In this document: piece by piece, positions 24,478 to 35,419 of the stretch | How positions within the stretch are numbered: position 1 is the first letter of the stretch | Layout: the number at the start of each line of letters is the position of its first letter | Assembly (NCBI GenBank): GCA_963575745.1 | Contig: CAUYUJ010000128.1 | Location: 62,001-117,903 of the forward strand | Origin: Prorocentrum cordatum | Taxonomy: Eukaryota | Length of the DNA: 55,903 nucleotides | Direction of reading: 5' to 3' | Position numbers and translations under genes: made by a program | Notes under the pieces: generated by a model | The model's input: the letters and a program-made list of their open reading frames with translations, nothing else | What the model was told of the DNA's origin: nothing | Database searches by the model: none

Positions 24478-26086
24478 ATGGCGGTCCAGAAGGTACCTTG
24501 GACCGTGTGGTCCGCGGTTGCATTCGTCCTCAGCATCAGCGTGCCCATGGCGACCTCCATCGGTGTGAGCTCCAAGCTGAAGTGTGCAGATGACGACGCC
24601 CAAATTATTGCGCTGGCAAGCGGCATCGGCGTCAGCATCAGTGGTTGTGCTGAGGTGCAGCCTTACTGCGAGAACTCGAAGTATGGCAGCACTGTGCAGG
24701 CGACCTGCCCTGCAACGTGTGGCCTCTGCAAGGTGGCCAGGCCCAGCAGCTCCCAGGCGGCGAAGGTGCTAATGGACAGCTCCAGGGGCTCCCGGGACGC
24801 GGATGATCAGCAGTCTCTGGACAGGTCTTTGGCGGCGAAAGGGCCCGACCCGACGCCGAGACCGACGCCGTGGCCGACGCCGTGGCCGACGCGGTGGCCG
24901 ACGCGGTACCCGACGCCGAAGCCGACGCCGTACCCGACGCCGAGGCCGACGCCGTACGCCGTGGCCGACGCCCCGAAGGCCGACGCCGTACCCGACGCCG
25001 AGGCCGACGCCGTATCCGACGCCGAGGCCGACGCCGTACCCGACGCCGAGGCCGACGCCGTACCCGACGCCGAGGCCGACGCCGAACCCGACGCCGAACC
25101 CGACGCCGTACCCGACGCCGAAGCCGACGCCGAACCCGACGCCGAACACGACGCCGTACCCGACGCCGAACCCGACGCCGAACCCGACGCCGTACCCGAC
25201 TCCGAACCCGACGCCGAACCCGACGCCGAACCCGACGCCGTACCCGACGACGAAGCCGACGCCGAACCCGACGCCGAACCCGACGCCGTACCCGACTCCG
25301 AAGCCGACGCCGAACCCGACGCCGAACCCGACGCCGTACCCGTCACCGTACCCGACGGCCTTCCCGACGCCCTACCCGACGGCCTTCCCCACGCCCTTCC
25401 CGACGGCCTTCCCGACGCCCTACCCGACGGCCTTCCCGACGCCTTACCCAACAGCTTTCCCGACGCCCTACCCGACGGCCTTTCCGACGTCCTTCCCGAC
25501 GCCCAGCCCGACACCCAGCCCGACGTATCCTCTGAGTTGGCCGACGCCACATCCAACGTTTCCTCCCGCAGGTCCTACGGCGGGCGGAGCTGGCGGAGGC
25601 GTGGCTGCCACTGGCGATCCCCACCTTCAAAACGTTCACGGCGAGCGATTCGATCTAATGCAGGCGGGCAAACATGTTCTGATAAACATTCCTCGTGGTG
25701 TGAGCGCTGAAGACGCATTGCTTCGTGTGCAGGCCGATGCCCGCCGCGTGGGTGGAAGTTGCTCGGATATGTACTTCCAAGAACTGAACATTACAGGCTC
25801 TTGGGCAGAGGCTAAGCAAGTTGGAGGGTATCACTACAGCGTGCAGCAAAGCGTAACGAAGACTCCGCAATGGGTTGCTCTCGTTCAGGTTGAGCTGAAA
25901 GTCGTCCATGGACGCACAGAGAGTGGCATCCTGTACTTGAATGTGTATGTGAAGCATTTGGGGCGATCAGGGTTTGCCGTCGGAGGTCTGCTGGGAGAAG
26001 ACGACCACAAAGACGTGATGACTCCCCCGGCATCTTGTACCAGACATATTTCTTTGGTAGGAGTAGTGACGAGCGGGATACTTTGA
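24478..26086 (+). CDS. Array gene copy 3; frameshift at ~24958-24975
   Basis: Same domains; ORFs 24154-25710 and 24803-26086 join within the repeat. Confidence 0.8.
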
Positions 26087-26753
26087 AACGGTGGGTATAT
26101 GACAAGTGCGCTCCTCCGAGTGACGCATGCGGTAGTGCTTTCCTGATGGTTATGCTGAAAAAGAAGTATGAACCCCCAAGTGCAAGCACTGTTTGGGGAA
26201 GAGGCCTCTAAAACATTTCGCGAATGCAGGACATGACCCCCCTGGTGCCATCTATGACAGTGGTAGAAGTGTGGCTTCAGACCGACGCCCCCGTGGCACC
26301 CGAATTCCCCAAATGTCCGTCCTCTCTGCCCTTCCTTCGCCTCCCCTTCCCTCCTTTCAGGAGGGACGTGAGGCCGATTGTCCAGAGAGGACGCCTCATG
26401 TGTCCTCTTTCATTTTGCGGTCCGCATGCGTCCGCGCTTGCGCACACGCCTCATGGAAGGTACTTCTGTTTTGGCCTGGTGAGGTTGATCTGCCGCCCTC
26501 GATGAGGCCGCCGCAAGGCCCGCGCTGGAACAAAAGGTGCACATAAGAGTCTTGCATCGCATACGTAGCGTTGTTGCGGCAGTAGTCCTTCCGCCGTTCG
26601 GAGGCACGGCTCCAATGCAATGCCCCCCTTCGGCAGCCGCACACCCCTCCAGGATGCCTTAGCCCTCGCCTTGCCATTCCACTCCTGTGCTGTCGGAGGT
26701 TGGGGGGTGAGACCGAAGTCAAACGTGAGAGGAGCGGGCGCCTCCCTTGCAAG

Positions 26754-26804
26754 GCGCGGCAGGCGCGGGAGGAGCTCGAGGCCGCCCGCGCGCAAGGGGC
26801 CGAG
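26754..26804 (+). CDS. Candidate host-gene exon (ARQAREELEAARAQGAE)
   Basis: cccttgcaAG|G acceptor, GAG|GA donor, 51 nt, phase 0. Confidence 0.45.
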
Positions 26805-26825
26805 GATACACAGGGGTCCCCCCAA

Positions 26826-27220
26826 GAGACTGTTTTTAGGGTCCGGCGATGATGATGGGCCTGTTTTCCACTGCCACAACCACCATAAGTTGGAGGGGTG
26901 AGGAGAGGAGGAGGAGGAGGAGGAGGAGGAGGAGGAGGAGGAGGAGGAGGAGGAGGAGGAGGAGGAGGAGGACGAGGACCCCCTCCCCCATCCAACTTAA
27001 GGAGGTGGTGGTGGTGGTGGAAAACAGGCCCATCAGATAACCCGGGTTATCGGGCTTGCCCCCCTCCCCCCCAAGGATAACCTAAGTTTGCCCGTTGTGC
27101 AGGTTCTGGGGGGGGGGCGCAGGCATATGCAGGGCTACCCACAGCGCGAAGGTTAGGTTATCCGCCGGCCCCCTCCCCCCCCGGATATCCCGGGTTATCG
27201 CGGATTCAAAAAACAGTCTC
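26826..27220. mobile_element. Nested MITEs: outer element plus inner element 26853-27035 with a (GAG)n core
   Basis: Outer ends gagactgttttt...aaaaaacagtctc. Inner ends tgatgggcctgttttccac..taagttgga and tccaactta..gtggaaaacaggcccatca. Confidence 0.8.
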
Positions 27221-27388
27221 CAAAAAGTCAAGCAGTGGCAAAGCGTCTTGGCGTGCCTATCGGCCTACGAAGCAATGTTCTAAGAACCTGTTGTGGTTTC
27301 CACGAAATGCTCTCAGAACAGTTCTGGCTGGGACTGTCTTGTTTCCCAACCATCCTGTGGTGTTGGGTCCTCATTTTGAAGAGACGGT

Positions 27389-28538
27389 TGGCCCCATAGG
27401 GAGCTCCACGGAAGGGCCCAGCGGCACTGCCCGCATGCGTCCGCCACCACCCAAGACGGCCCTTGCTCCCTGCGTTTCACCCACCCAGTACAGCGTTTCG
27501 TGGCACCATGTGCGGGTTCCACCGAAGGTCCCAGTGGCACCGCCCGCATGCGTCCGCCACCACCCAGCACAGCCCTTGCTCCTTGCGTTTCACCCACCGA
27601 GTACAGCTCTTCGTGGCCCCATATGGAGCTCGACCGAAGGTCCCAGAGGCACCGCCCGCATGCGTCCGCCACCACCCAGCACAGCCCTTGCTCACTGCGT
27701 TTCACCGACCCAGTACAGCGCTTCGTGGCCCCATATGCGGGTTCCACCGAAGGTCCAAGTGGCACCGCCCGCATGCGTCCGCCACCAGCCAGCACAGCCC
27801 TTGTTCCTTGCGTTTCACCCACCCAGTACAGCGTTTCGTGGTCCCATAGGGAGCTCCACCGAAGGTCCCAGTGGCACCGCGTGCATGCGTCCGCCACCAC
27901 CCAGCACAGCCCTTGCTCCTTGCGCTTCACACACCCAGTACAGCGCATCGTGGCACCATAGGGGGCTCCACCGAAGGTCCCAAAGGCACCGCCCGCATGC
28001 GTCCGCCACCATCTACCACAGCCCTTGCTCCCTGCGCTTCACCCACCCAGTACAGCGTTTCGTGGTCGCATAGGGAGCTCCACCGAAGGTCCCAGTGGCA
28101 CCGCCCGCATGTGTCCGCCACCACCCAGCACAGCCCTTGCTCCTTGCGTTTCACCCACCGAGTACAGCGCTTCGTGGCACCATAGGGAGCTCCACCGAAG
28201 GTCCCAGTGGCACCACCCGCATGCGTCCGCCACCACCCAGTACAGCCATTATTCCTTTCGTTTCACCCACCCAGTACAGCGTTTCGTGGCACCATGTGCG
28301 GGTTCCACCGAAGGTCCCAAACGCACCGCCCGCATGCGTCCGCCACCATCTAGCACAGCCCTTGCTCCTTGCGCTTCACCCACCCAGTACAGCGTTTCGG
28401 GCCCCCATAAGGGGGGCCACGCCGAAGGACCCGGTGGCACCGCCCGCATGCGTCCGCCACCACCCAGCACAGCCCTTGCTCCCTGCGTTTCACCCACCGA
28501 GTACAGCGTTTCGTGGCCCCATAGGGAACGCCACCGAA
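27389..28538. repeat. Satellite of 10 full units of 112-114 bp plus a partial unit
   Basis: The gcatg anchor recurs at 27433, 27546, 27658, 27771, 27883, 27995, 28107, 28219, 28332 and 28446. Confidence 0.95.
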
Positions 28539-28931
28539 GAAGATATTCACAATTGCGGTATTCACAACTTCATATGGTTTGGTCTTTCGCCGGGCTAATT
28601 TAACACATCGGCTTTATGTTATAAGAGCATTGTTTTTGTTCTAAGAACAGGTTCGGGCTCTACGAACATCGTGGTAGGCCTATGGGAATGCCGGGACGGT
28701 CGGTCCCTGCCCCTAAGAAGGGCCTTGCCCTCTAGGATCGAACAGTTCCAGGCCTCCTAGATGAGGTCGGAGCAGATCAGGGGAGGGAGAGGTACCCATA
28801 CCTCTACCCGTCGCCCGTTTTCCCCTTTTGGGGCCTCCTCGGAGACCCTCTTTGCCACCGTTGGATTCGCCTCGAAATTCTGGTCAGTACGCACCCCGGT
28901 AGCGGTATCGATGCCTGTTGGTTTCCGCAAG

Positions 28932-29192
28932 ATGGGGTCGGAGTAGATGGGGTTGGAGGATCGCGCCGCATGGCCGATGCATCGCCGATGCGGCTCGATG
29001 CGTAGCACGATCCGCTTCACGTCGACGTCGCCGATGCACCGTTGACGCCGCCGATGCATCGCCGGTGCATCGCCGGCGCATCGCCGGTGCATCGCCGGTG
29101 CATCGCCGGTGCATCGCCGGTGCATCGCCGATGCATCGCCGATGTACCGGCGATGCGGCGCGATCCTCCGACCCCATCTACTCCGACCCCAT
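28932..29192. mobile_element. MITE with 40-bp TIRs and an internal 11-bp tandem repeat (GCATCGCCGRT)n
   Basis: atggggtcggagtagatggggttggaggatcgcgccgcat has its inverted copy at 29153-29192; related fragment at ~5878-5930. Confidence 0.8.
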
Positions 29193-29285
29193 TGATGAGG
29201 CCTCTAGATACACAGGGAGGCTCTCCAAAAGGTTCTTGCCCTCGAGAATCGAACGGTGGGTGGTCTAAAATACGGGAACGAAGAA

Positions 29286-29435
29286 TGACATGAACATAAT
29301 AACTCGGAGCTCCGCGCGGATTTCGCGAATCCGCGCTGGGGCCTCCTGGCGGCGCCTGTGGCGCCGCCAGGGAGGGGCGTTTCAGCGCCGATCCGAGAAA
29401 CCCGCGCGGACCTCCGAGTCTTTATGTTTATGTCA
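29286..29435. mobile_element. 150-bp fold-back (hairpin) element; relatives at ~51487-51676 and ~43835-43935
   Basis: Arms pair imperfectly from tgacatgaacata/tatgtttatgtca to the centre cctggcggcgcc-tgt-ggcgccgccagg. Confidence 0.8.
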
Positions 29436-30761
29436 ATGTTTGTTCCTTTATAATTGTGTACACACGTGTCTCGAGGCCAAGACCTGTAGTTATCAGAGCA
29501 CGTCGGACCAAGATGTACTTGTATCCTCCGTCTCCCTGATCCATGGTTGGCGGGTTTGGGCGGCAGGCCAAAGGCCAGGGACAAGTTTTAAGTCGGGCCT
29601 GTCCCTCTACAGGGGGAATATGGACAAATTTTTAAACACTAGTCAGGGGATGATTTGTTTTGACAATTTTTGAATATTTTTGGAGTATGGTTAGGGTATG
29701 TTTCCCCAATCAGAGCTTGCCTCTAGGGGACATGCCCAATCGAAGACACGATGTGGACACTTCAACTGTGGGTTTGGGGGGGAGGGGTGCGAAGCAAGGG
29801 CGTTTCGCAGTTATGGTTGTTACCATGTTACGTCGCCGTACCGCCATGGGTGTGGGCACGTTTTGTCCAGGCACCGAAGGAGTTGTCATCTTTTCCTCGG
29901 CGGACGGCTGCAGAAGGGCGGCGGAAGTAGAACGAGGCCGCCTCCGCCGGCGGAAAGTCGACGGAAGGCGGCGTAAAAATATGTACCCCCAAGAGATGAC
30001 TTTGGGTTCAGGTTGCCGACATCGCCCAGATCTCGCCGTGTCCCACCATGGGAAATGGACCCGATGACGACGACGACGACGACGACGAGGTTTTTCCTCG
30101 GTTGTTGGGCTCTCGGGGCCCTCTCCTGGGCTCTGGGACCGTCGGGGAAACCGACTCGGCACTGGTCATTGGGGAGGGGCCACGGGGCCCGTTTCTTCCG
30201 GGACCCGTCTCTCGCATGCCGAGGGTCGAAAAAGCAATGCTCAGAGGCGACGACAGGGGCGAATAGCCCAGGGGAGAGCAATACATGTGTATCCAGAGGC
30301 GCCGATGACCCATGTCTCCGACGGGGTTCCCGGGCGAATGCGTGTAATGCCCGCCACTGGGCTATTCGCCGCTAGCGTCGCCGCCGACAATGCCCGCAGA
30401 AGCATGCCAGTTCGGAGGTCCGCGCGGAGGTCCTGGACCGGCGCTGGACCCCCCGCCGTGGCGCTTGTGTTTCTGCTGCGTTCTGGTGTTGAGCCCCCTC
30501 CCCCCCTGGACCGCTCCCTTCTCACAGGGCGCGTTCCAATACTCGCTGCGTGCGCACTCGCAAACGTCAACAAAAAACACACGTCGTCCTCTACGCAATG
30601 GTTCTTGCATCCCCTGTGGCGGATCCAGGCCATTTGCGAGCAGCTACTTTTGCGAGTGGTGGAACGCGCTTGTCGAGTGTCGCGCGGGGCGCGCCAGCGC
30701 CCGTCCAGGGGGCTCCACAAGCGGACCTCCGAGCGTGTGCGTTTCTCCTTCCTGCTGCGAG

Positions 30762-30848
30762 GAGGCGCGCCGCTGCGCCGCGGCGGTGGCCGCGGCGGAG
30801 GAGCCCGTGCGGGAGCTGAAGCGGATGCTGGCTGCCTCGCAGGAGGAG
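30762..30848 (+). CDS. Candidate host-gene exon (EARRCAAAVAAAEEPVRELKRMLAASQEE)
   Basis: tttctccttcctgctgcgAG|G acceptor, GAG|GT donor, 87 nt, phase 0. Confidence 0.55.
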
Positions 30849-31067
30849 GTGTGATGAGCCAAGTTCCCACCATCACTACCATATGCAGGACGGCGACTCA
30901 GGGAGGAAGGGGAGGTCCTCCCCCTCCTCCTCCTCCTCCTCCTCCTCCTCCTCCTCCTCCTCCTCCTCCTCCTCCTCCTCCTCCTCCTCCTCGTCCTCCT
31001 TCTCCTGAAAAGATCTTCAGATGTGCATTTTGGGTTTCGCTACAGATCAGGCATGGGTCGTCCTTTC

Positions 31068-31082
31068 CCATCCTGGCTCAAG
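31068..31082 (+). promoter_or_regulatory. Relict spliced leader 5 nt upstream of the first ATG of the DIRS element
   Basis: ccatcctggctcaag versus DinoSL ccattttggctcaag (13/15); ATG at 31088. Confidence 0.6.
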
Positions 31083-31087
31083 CTGTC

Positions 31088-31614
31088 ATGCGTCCGAGTC
31101 CCAGTGTCACGGCCGCGATAGCCTGGCTGGCAGCTTGGGTAACCCATTCGAGCGTGGATCGGGCCTGGCGCGTGGAGGTGGCAGCCTGCCCGCGCTGTCC
31201 CGACCTGCGCTGTGCGGAGGTCCCTGTTGGCCCCAGCTGCGCTGCGCGGAGGCGGCCGCCTGCCCTTCGCTGCACTGCCCAGCGGCGCCGGTGCCGCCCT
31301 GCCCCGTGGTGGAGTGTCCGCCGGGGCCTGTCCTCCCTCCTGCGGCCTCCGGCGAGGCCAGCCAGGAGGGTCGCGGCCCGGGGGCCGATCAGGAGCCAGC
31401 GGCCCCCCCATCGCGAGGCGGAGGGTCGGTTGGCTGGGGAGGCGCGGAGCCGTTCGGACTGGCTGGGCTGGGTGCCCGGGCTGGCTCTGGATTTGCTCGG
31501 AGGCGCCACCTGGAGTGGCGGTGCACGCCGTGCTTGTGTTCGTGCTCGTCTCGGCGCGTCCGTGCTGGAGTGCACTGCAGGCAGGCCACCCGCCCGCGGC
31601 CGCGCGTTCGCTGA
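31088..31614 (+). pseudogene. Small Cys/Pro-rich ORF with a hydrophobic N-terminus (frameshift ~31240)
   Basis: MRPSPSVTAAIAWLAAWVT..CPRCPDLRC..CPSLHCP..CPVVECP, then a Gly/hydrophobic stretch and a basic, Cys-rich tail. Confidence 0.5.
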
Positions 31615-31617
31615 CCG

Positions 31618-33079
31618 ATGGCGCCGCTGGGCGTCCAAAAGCCTGGGCGTGGGTGCAGCACGCAGGGGCCGGCCTCTTCCACTTGCAGCTGGTGCTGGGG
31701 ATCGCGGCGGGCTTTCCGGCGGCAGCGATTGACGTGGTCATCGTCACCCACGACGCGGACGTGCACTGTGAGACGTACGGGGGGGCCGATGCCAACATAG
31801 CGGCTGCACGCTGGAGTGAGTGTCGGCCTCCTCCTCCTCCTCCTCCTCCTCCTCCTCCTCCTCCTCCTCCTCCTCCTCCTCCTCCTCCTCCTCCTCCTCC
31901 TCCTCCAGGGGTCCCTCCAGGCTCGTATCGCTTCCGTCGCGAGCCGACGCCAGCTGAGTTGTTGCTGGAGTTCGAGGGGCAAGGGCGGCTGGTGGCGCGC
32001 GACGAGTTCGTGGCAAGAGATCGTCGCAATGGGGGTCGTGGGGTGGAGCCTGCTGGAGGCGCCTTGCTGCCGCTGGCCGCCGACCCCGCCCGCGCCCCGC
32101 TGTCCGCTCCTCGTTTCCCCGGGCAGGGAGAGGGCGTACCCCGGCCGATCGGCGGAGGCGACGCCGTCGGCGGAGCGGGGCGCGGAGCCGGGGGCGCGGG
32201 CGTGGGCGCAGGCGCTGCCGCCGCTACGGGAGGACCCCCACCAGTGCTGCCTCACGGCGACGAGCTGGTGTGGGTGGTCACGGAAACGCTGCACGGGCTG
32301 CAGAGGGGCATGGTCGATTTCCCTGGCGCGGGGATGCCCAGGGTCGGCGACGTTGGCCTCTATCAGGTGCCTGGCGCTGCCCTTGGACCCCGAGGGCTGG
32401 CGGTCACCTCGGTCCGCCGCATGCCGTACAAGGACTTGGACTCCTTCGTGCGGGTAGAGTCGGTGGCCGACGCTCGCATCATGCCGATCGAGCTGGTGGC
32501 AGACCGCAGGCAGCGAAGGCCTTGGCAGGTCGTGGAGCTCGTGATGGTGACCCCGTTCCACGACTGGCCTGCGCAGGGGCCTCGCACCGTGGAATGGGTG
32601 ATGAGGTTCCTCGACAGGCGTGGCAGTGGTCCTGGAGATCATCATGCGGGGTGGCGGCAAGTGAATCGTCTCTAGCGCGGCGACTGGGGCGTCGAGGTGC
32701 ACGAGAATGGGCTTCGGCGCTGGAGATGGCGGCGAGCTACGTCGCCCTGGAGATTGCCAACTGCGCCTGTCTGCAGATAATCGCCCGTGACTGTCAGCGG
32801 GTGGAGAACGCGTGCTCCCGCGAGCCGATGGGAGGAGGCCCCTCAGGGAGCAGCGACAAGGAGGCGAAGGACAAGAAGAACCGCTGCAATGTCTGCGGGG
32901 GCGCCGGCCTGCTGGAAAAGAGCGACGCGTTCCTGTGCGGCCACCGCAAGGCCGGCGAGACGGTGGTCTCGCCAGACCTCTTGGACTCATTCGCTCGTGA
33001 AGTCGAACGAGATGTCAGTATCTTGAAGCAGGTGCGCAAGGCGCGGAAGGAACGCCGCGCCCTTGGCAATGGCGCATGA
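31618..33079 (+). pseudogene. gag-like ORF of the DIRS element (stop at 32673-32675, frameshifts, in-frame poly-Pro from (CCT)n at ~31827-31905)
   Basis: Lies before pol; motifs DARIM, DWPAQGPRTVEW, PGDHHAGW, KQVRKARKER. Confidence 0.65.
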
Positions 33080-35220
33080 CGGACCCCCGTCGGGTTTCAA
33101 GTCCGGGTTCGACGGGCATCACAGGGCTGAGTTCGCACGCGGCGCAGGAGTCCCCGACCTTCGCCAGCGGGATCTTTTTCCTGTACCCCTTCTTCGGGAC
33201 ATCCGACCTCGTGGAGGACCTCCCTGCGCTGCTTGCCGGGCTACCCAGAGGAGAGCTCACCGTCAGCCCGCCATCGACGCAGCGACGGACGAGCCCATCG
33301 GTACCCTCAACGACATGCACGGGGCGACGCGTCGTGGGTCCCCCCGCGACGCCTCGAGGCCGACGATGGCGCAAAGTCTTGCCCTGGACCACCTGCGCCA
33401 ACGCGCAGCAGACACAGGGCCGGCCCCCGACGACCTCGACTGGCCAGGGGCCTTCGACGAGCTTCGGTCCAGGCCGGCCTACGACAGTTCATCCTCTCGG
33501 CTTGCTCCTCTTCGCGTGGATTTCCTGGACCTGCCTCCACCTGGATTTCGACCTGCGTCGTCGCAGGAGGCCGTGGGTTCGGTGGGCGAGCTGATCGAGA
33601 CGAGGCTTTCAGACGAGGCGCTACCAGGCGTGGAGGGGAAAGCGAAGTTGAAGCTCCTGGGCTGGCGTCGGGCTTAAACCGGCCCCGCTATGAGGGGCCG
33701 CAAGGTGTATTTGGAGATCCTGAAACGGCTCCACGCCGCCAACTTCCTCGACTTTCAGCGCAAAGTAAGACGTCGAGTGGGGTGCTTCAGTGCCTGGAAG
33801 AAGTCAGGGGCGCAAGAGCTCGTCATCGACGCACGCACCGCGATCTGTTTCTTCGAGGATCATGACCCCGCGCAGATCGCCAGCCGAGCTTGCTTCGCCA
33901 ACCTGCAGCTGGACGCGGGGCCGCCGCCGGTGCTGGGCGGCGCCGACATCCGCGCGGCCTTCTACGCGATCTCCATGCCCCCCCCCGAGGTGCGCGACCT
34001 CTTCGGCTTCGACAGGGTGCGCGCCTGGGAGCTGGGCGCGTCGGAGGAGGAGGGGCAGCCCGCCAAATCTGGCGAGTCCATCCACCCCGTTATCGCCGTG
34101 CTGCCGATGGGCTGGGCTGGGCGCTGGCTCCGCAGGCCTGCCAGACGCTGCGCGAGGAGCTGGCGCGGCGACCGCCCGACGCGTCGGAGGCCAACGCGCT
34201 GGTCGACGGCGGGCCCCCGCCCGGGCCGACGCCCATCGCGCGCGCCGGATGCGCTGACAACTCCGCGTGCTTCGGGCGGGACCCCGCCGTGGTGAGGGAC
34301 GTGGTGGCCCGCGTCCGAGGTCGCCTGGAAGCTGCAGGCCTGCCGATGCACGACATCGAGCTCAGCGCGGGTGGCGACGCGCTCGGCTGTCACTTCACCG
34401 AGGACGGGCGCTGCTCGATGTCGCTGCGCAGTGCGTGGCGGCTGCGGCTCGCGGCCCTGCGCGCGGCGCAGCTCGGGCGGGCCAGCGGGCGCGAGATCTC
34501 AGCGCTCATGGGCCACTTCGCGACGCGGGGTCTCGTCCGCGCGAGGTGCTGGGCGCGCCCTAGGCATGCTTCGCCTTTGCCCAGCAGTTCCAAAAAGAAA
34601 GAGTGACCCTGTGGCCTTCGGTGGTTCGCGAGCTCAAGCGGATTGCCACCCTAGTCTTCGTGGCCTCTCTGGAGCTCGACGCCTCCTGGAGCCCTACAGC
34701 GCGTGCGTTCAATGCGTCGTCTTGGGGGTGCGGGGTGGTGAGCAAGTACGTTGGCGAGACGGGCGCGAAGACGACGGGGTGCTGCAGTGACAGATGGCGG
34801 TTTTCAAGACGAGAAGGAGACGATCACTTTCACGATCCTCGTGGAGACCTCTTTCGGGGTGACGGAGTCGAGGGCGTCGATCGTGCGCCTCCTTTTCCTG
34901 GGCGAGTCTGGGGAGGATAGTGGCGTCGCGCGGCCTCGTTTCGGTGGGCGTCCGGGGACCGCCAGGTTCACTTGGAGCTCTCGGGCTGCTACCTGGATGC
35001 TCAATCACCTGGCCAGGACTTCCACATGTCATGGACAGCGCCACCTGATTCTCGGAGATGCGATGACTGTAATTCTTTCTCGGGCCAAGGGCCGTGGAGG
35101 CTCGTTTGGCCTCAGCCGCGCCCTTCGGAGATCGGCGGCCCTGGTGCTCGCGGCCAACCTGCCCCCCGCCTGGCGCTGGCTGCCCTCCGGGAGGGACGCT
35201 GCTGATGCGGCCTCGCGAGG
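33069..35220 (+). pseudogene. DIRS-type reverse transcriptase and RNase H, with multiple disruptions
   Basis: RDLFPVP; FSAWKKSGAQELVIDAR; ADIRAAFY; VLPMGW; CADN (degenerate YVDN); NASSWGCGV; LILGDAM..AKGR; WRWLPS..AADAASR. Confidence 0.85.
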
Positions 35221-35419
35221 CCGCCGCTGCCCGCGCGCCTCAGCCCGGGGCCCCCCCCGCGACGCCGCGGCCGCGGTTGCTCCCTCGGGGCCGCGGCGCG
35301 CGGGGCGCGGCGGCCGCTGCCCCTCGGCGAGCCGCCCGGAACGCCTTCCCCGGCGCGGGCCGCTGATAGCCGAGGCCGAGGCGCGAGGCCCACCCCGCTC
35401 GCGAGGAGGCAATCGTGCG

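Larger units (their letters stand above)
13395..26728 (+). repeat. Tandem segmental array, ~2.7 units (starts 13395, 18483, 23322; periods 5088 and 4839 bp)
   Basis: The anchor tgtcacgtatttagagcgggccg occurs at all three starts; genes and spacers are near-identical. Confidence 0.95.

Noticed and set aside
27389..28538. CRISPR array
   Set aside because: Whole units are homologous, with no unique spacers and no cas genes; it is a satellite
29440..30700. Possible degraded coding fragment
   Set aside because: No recognisable motif in any frame
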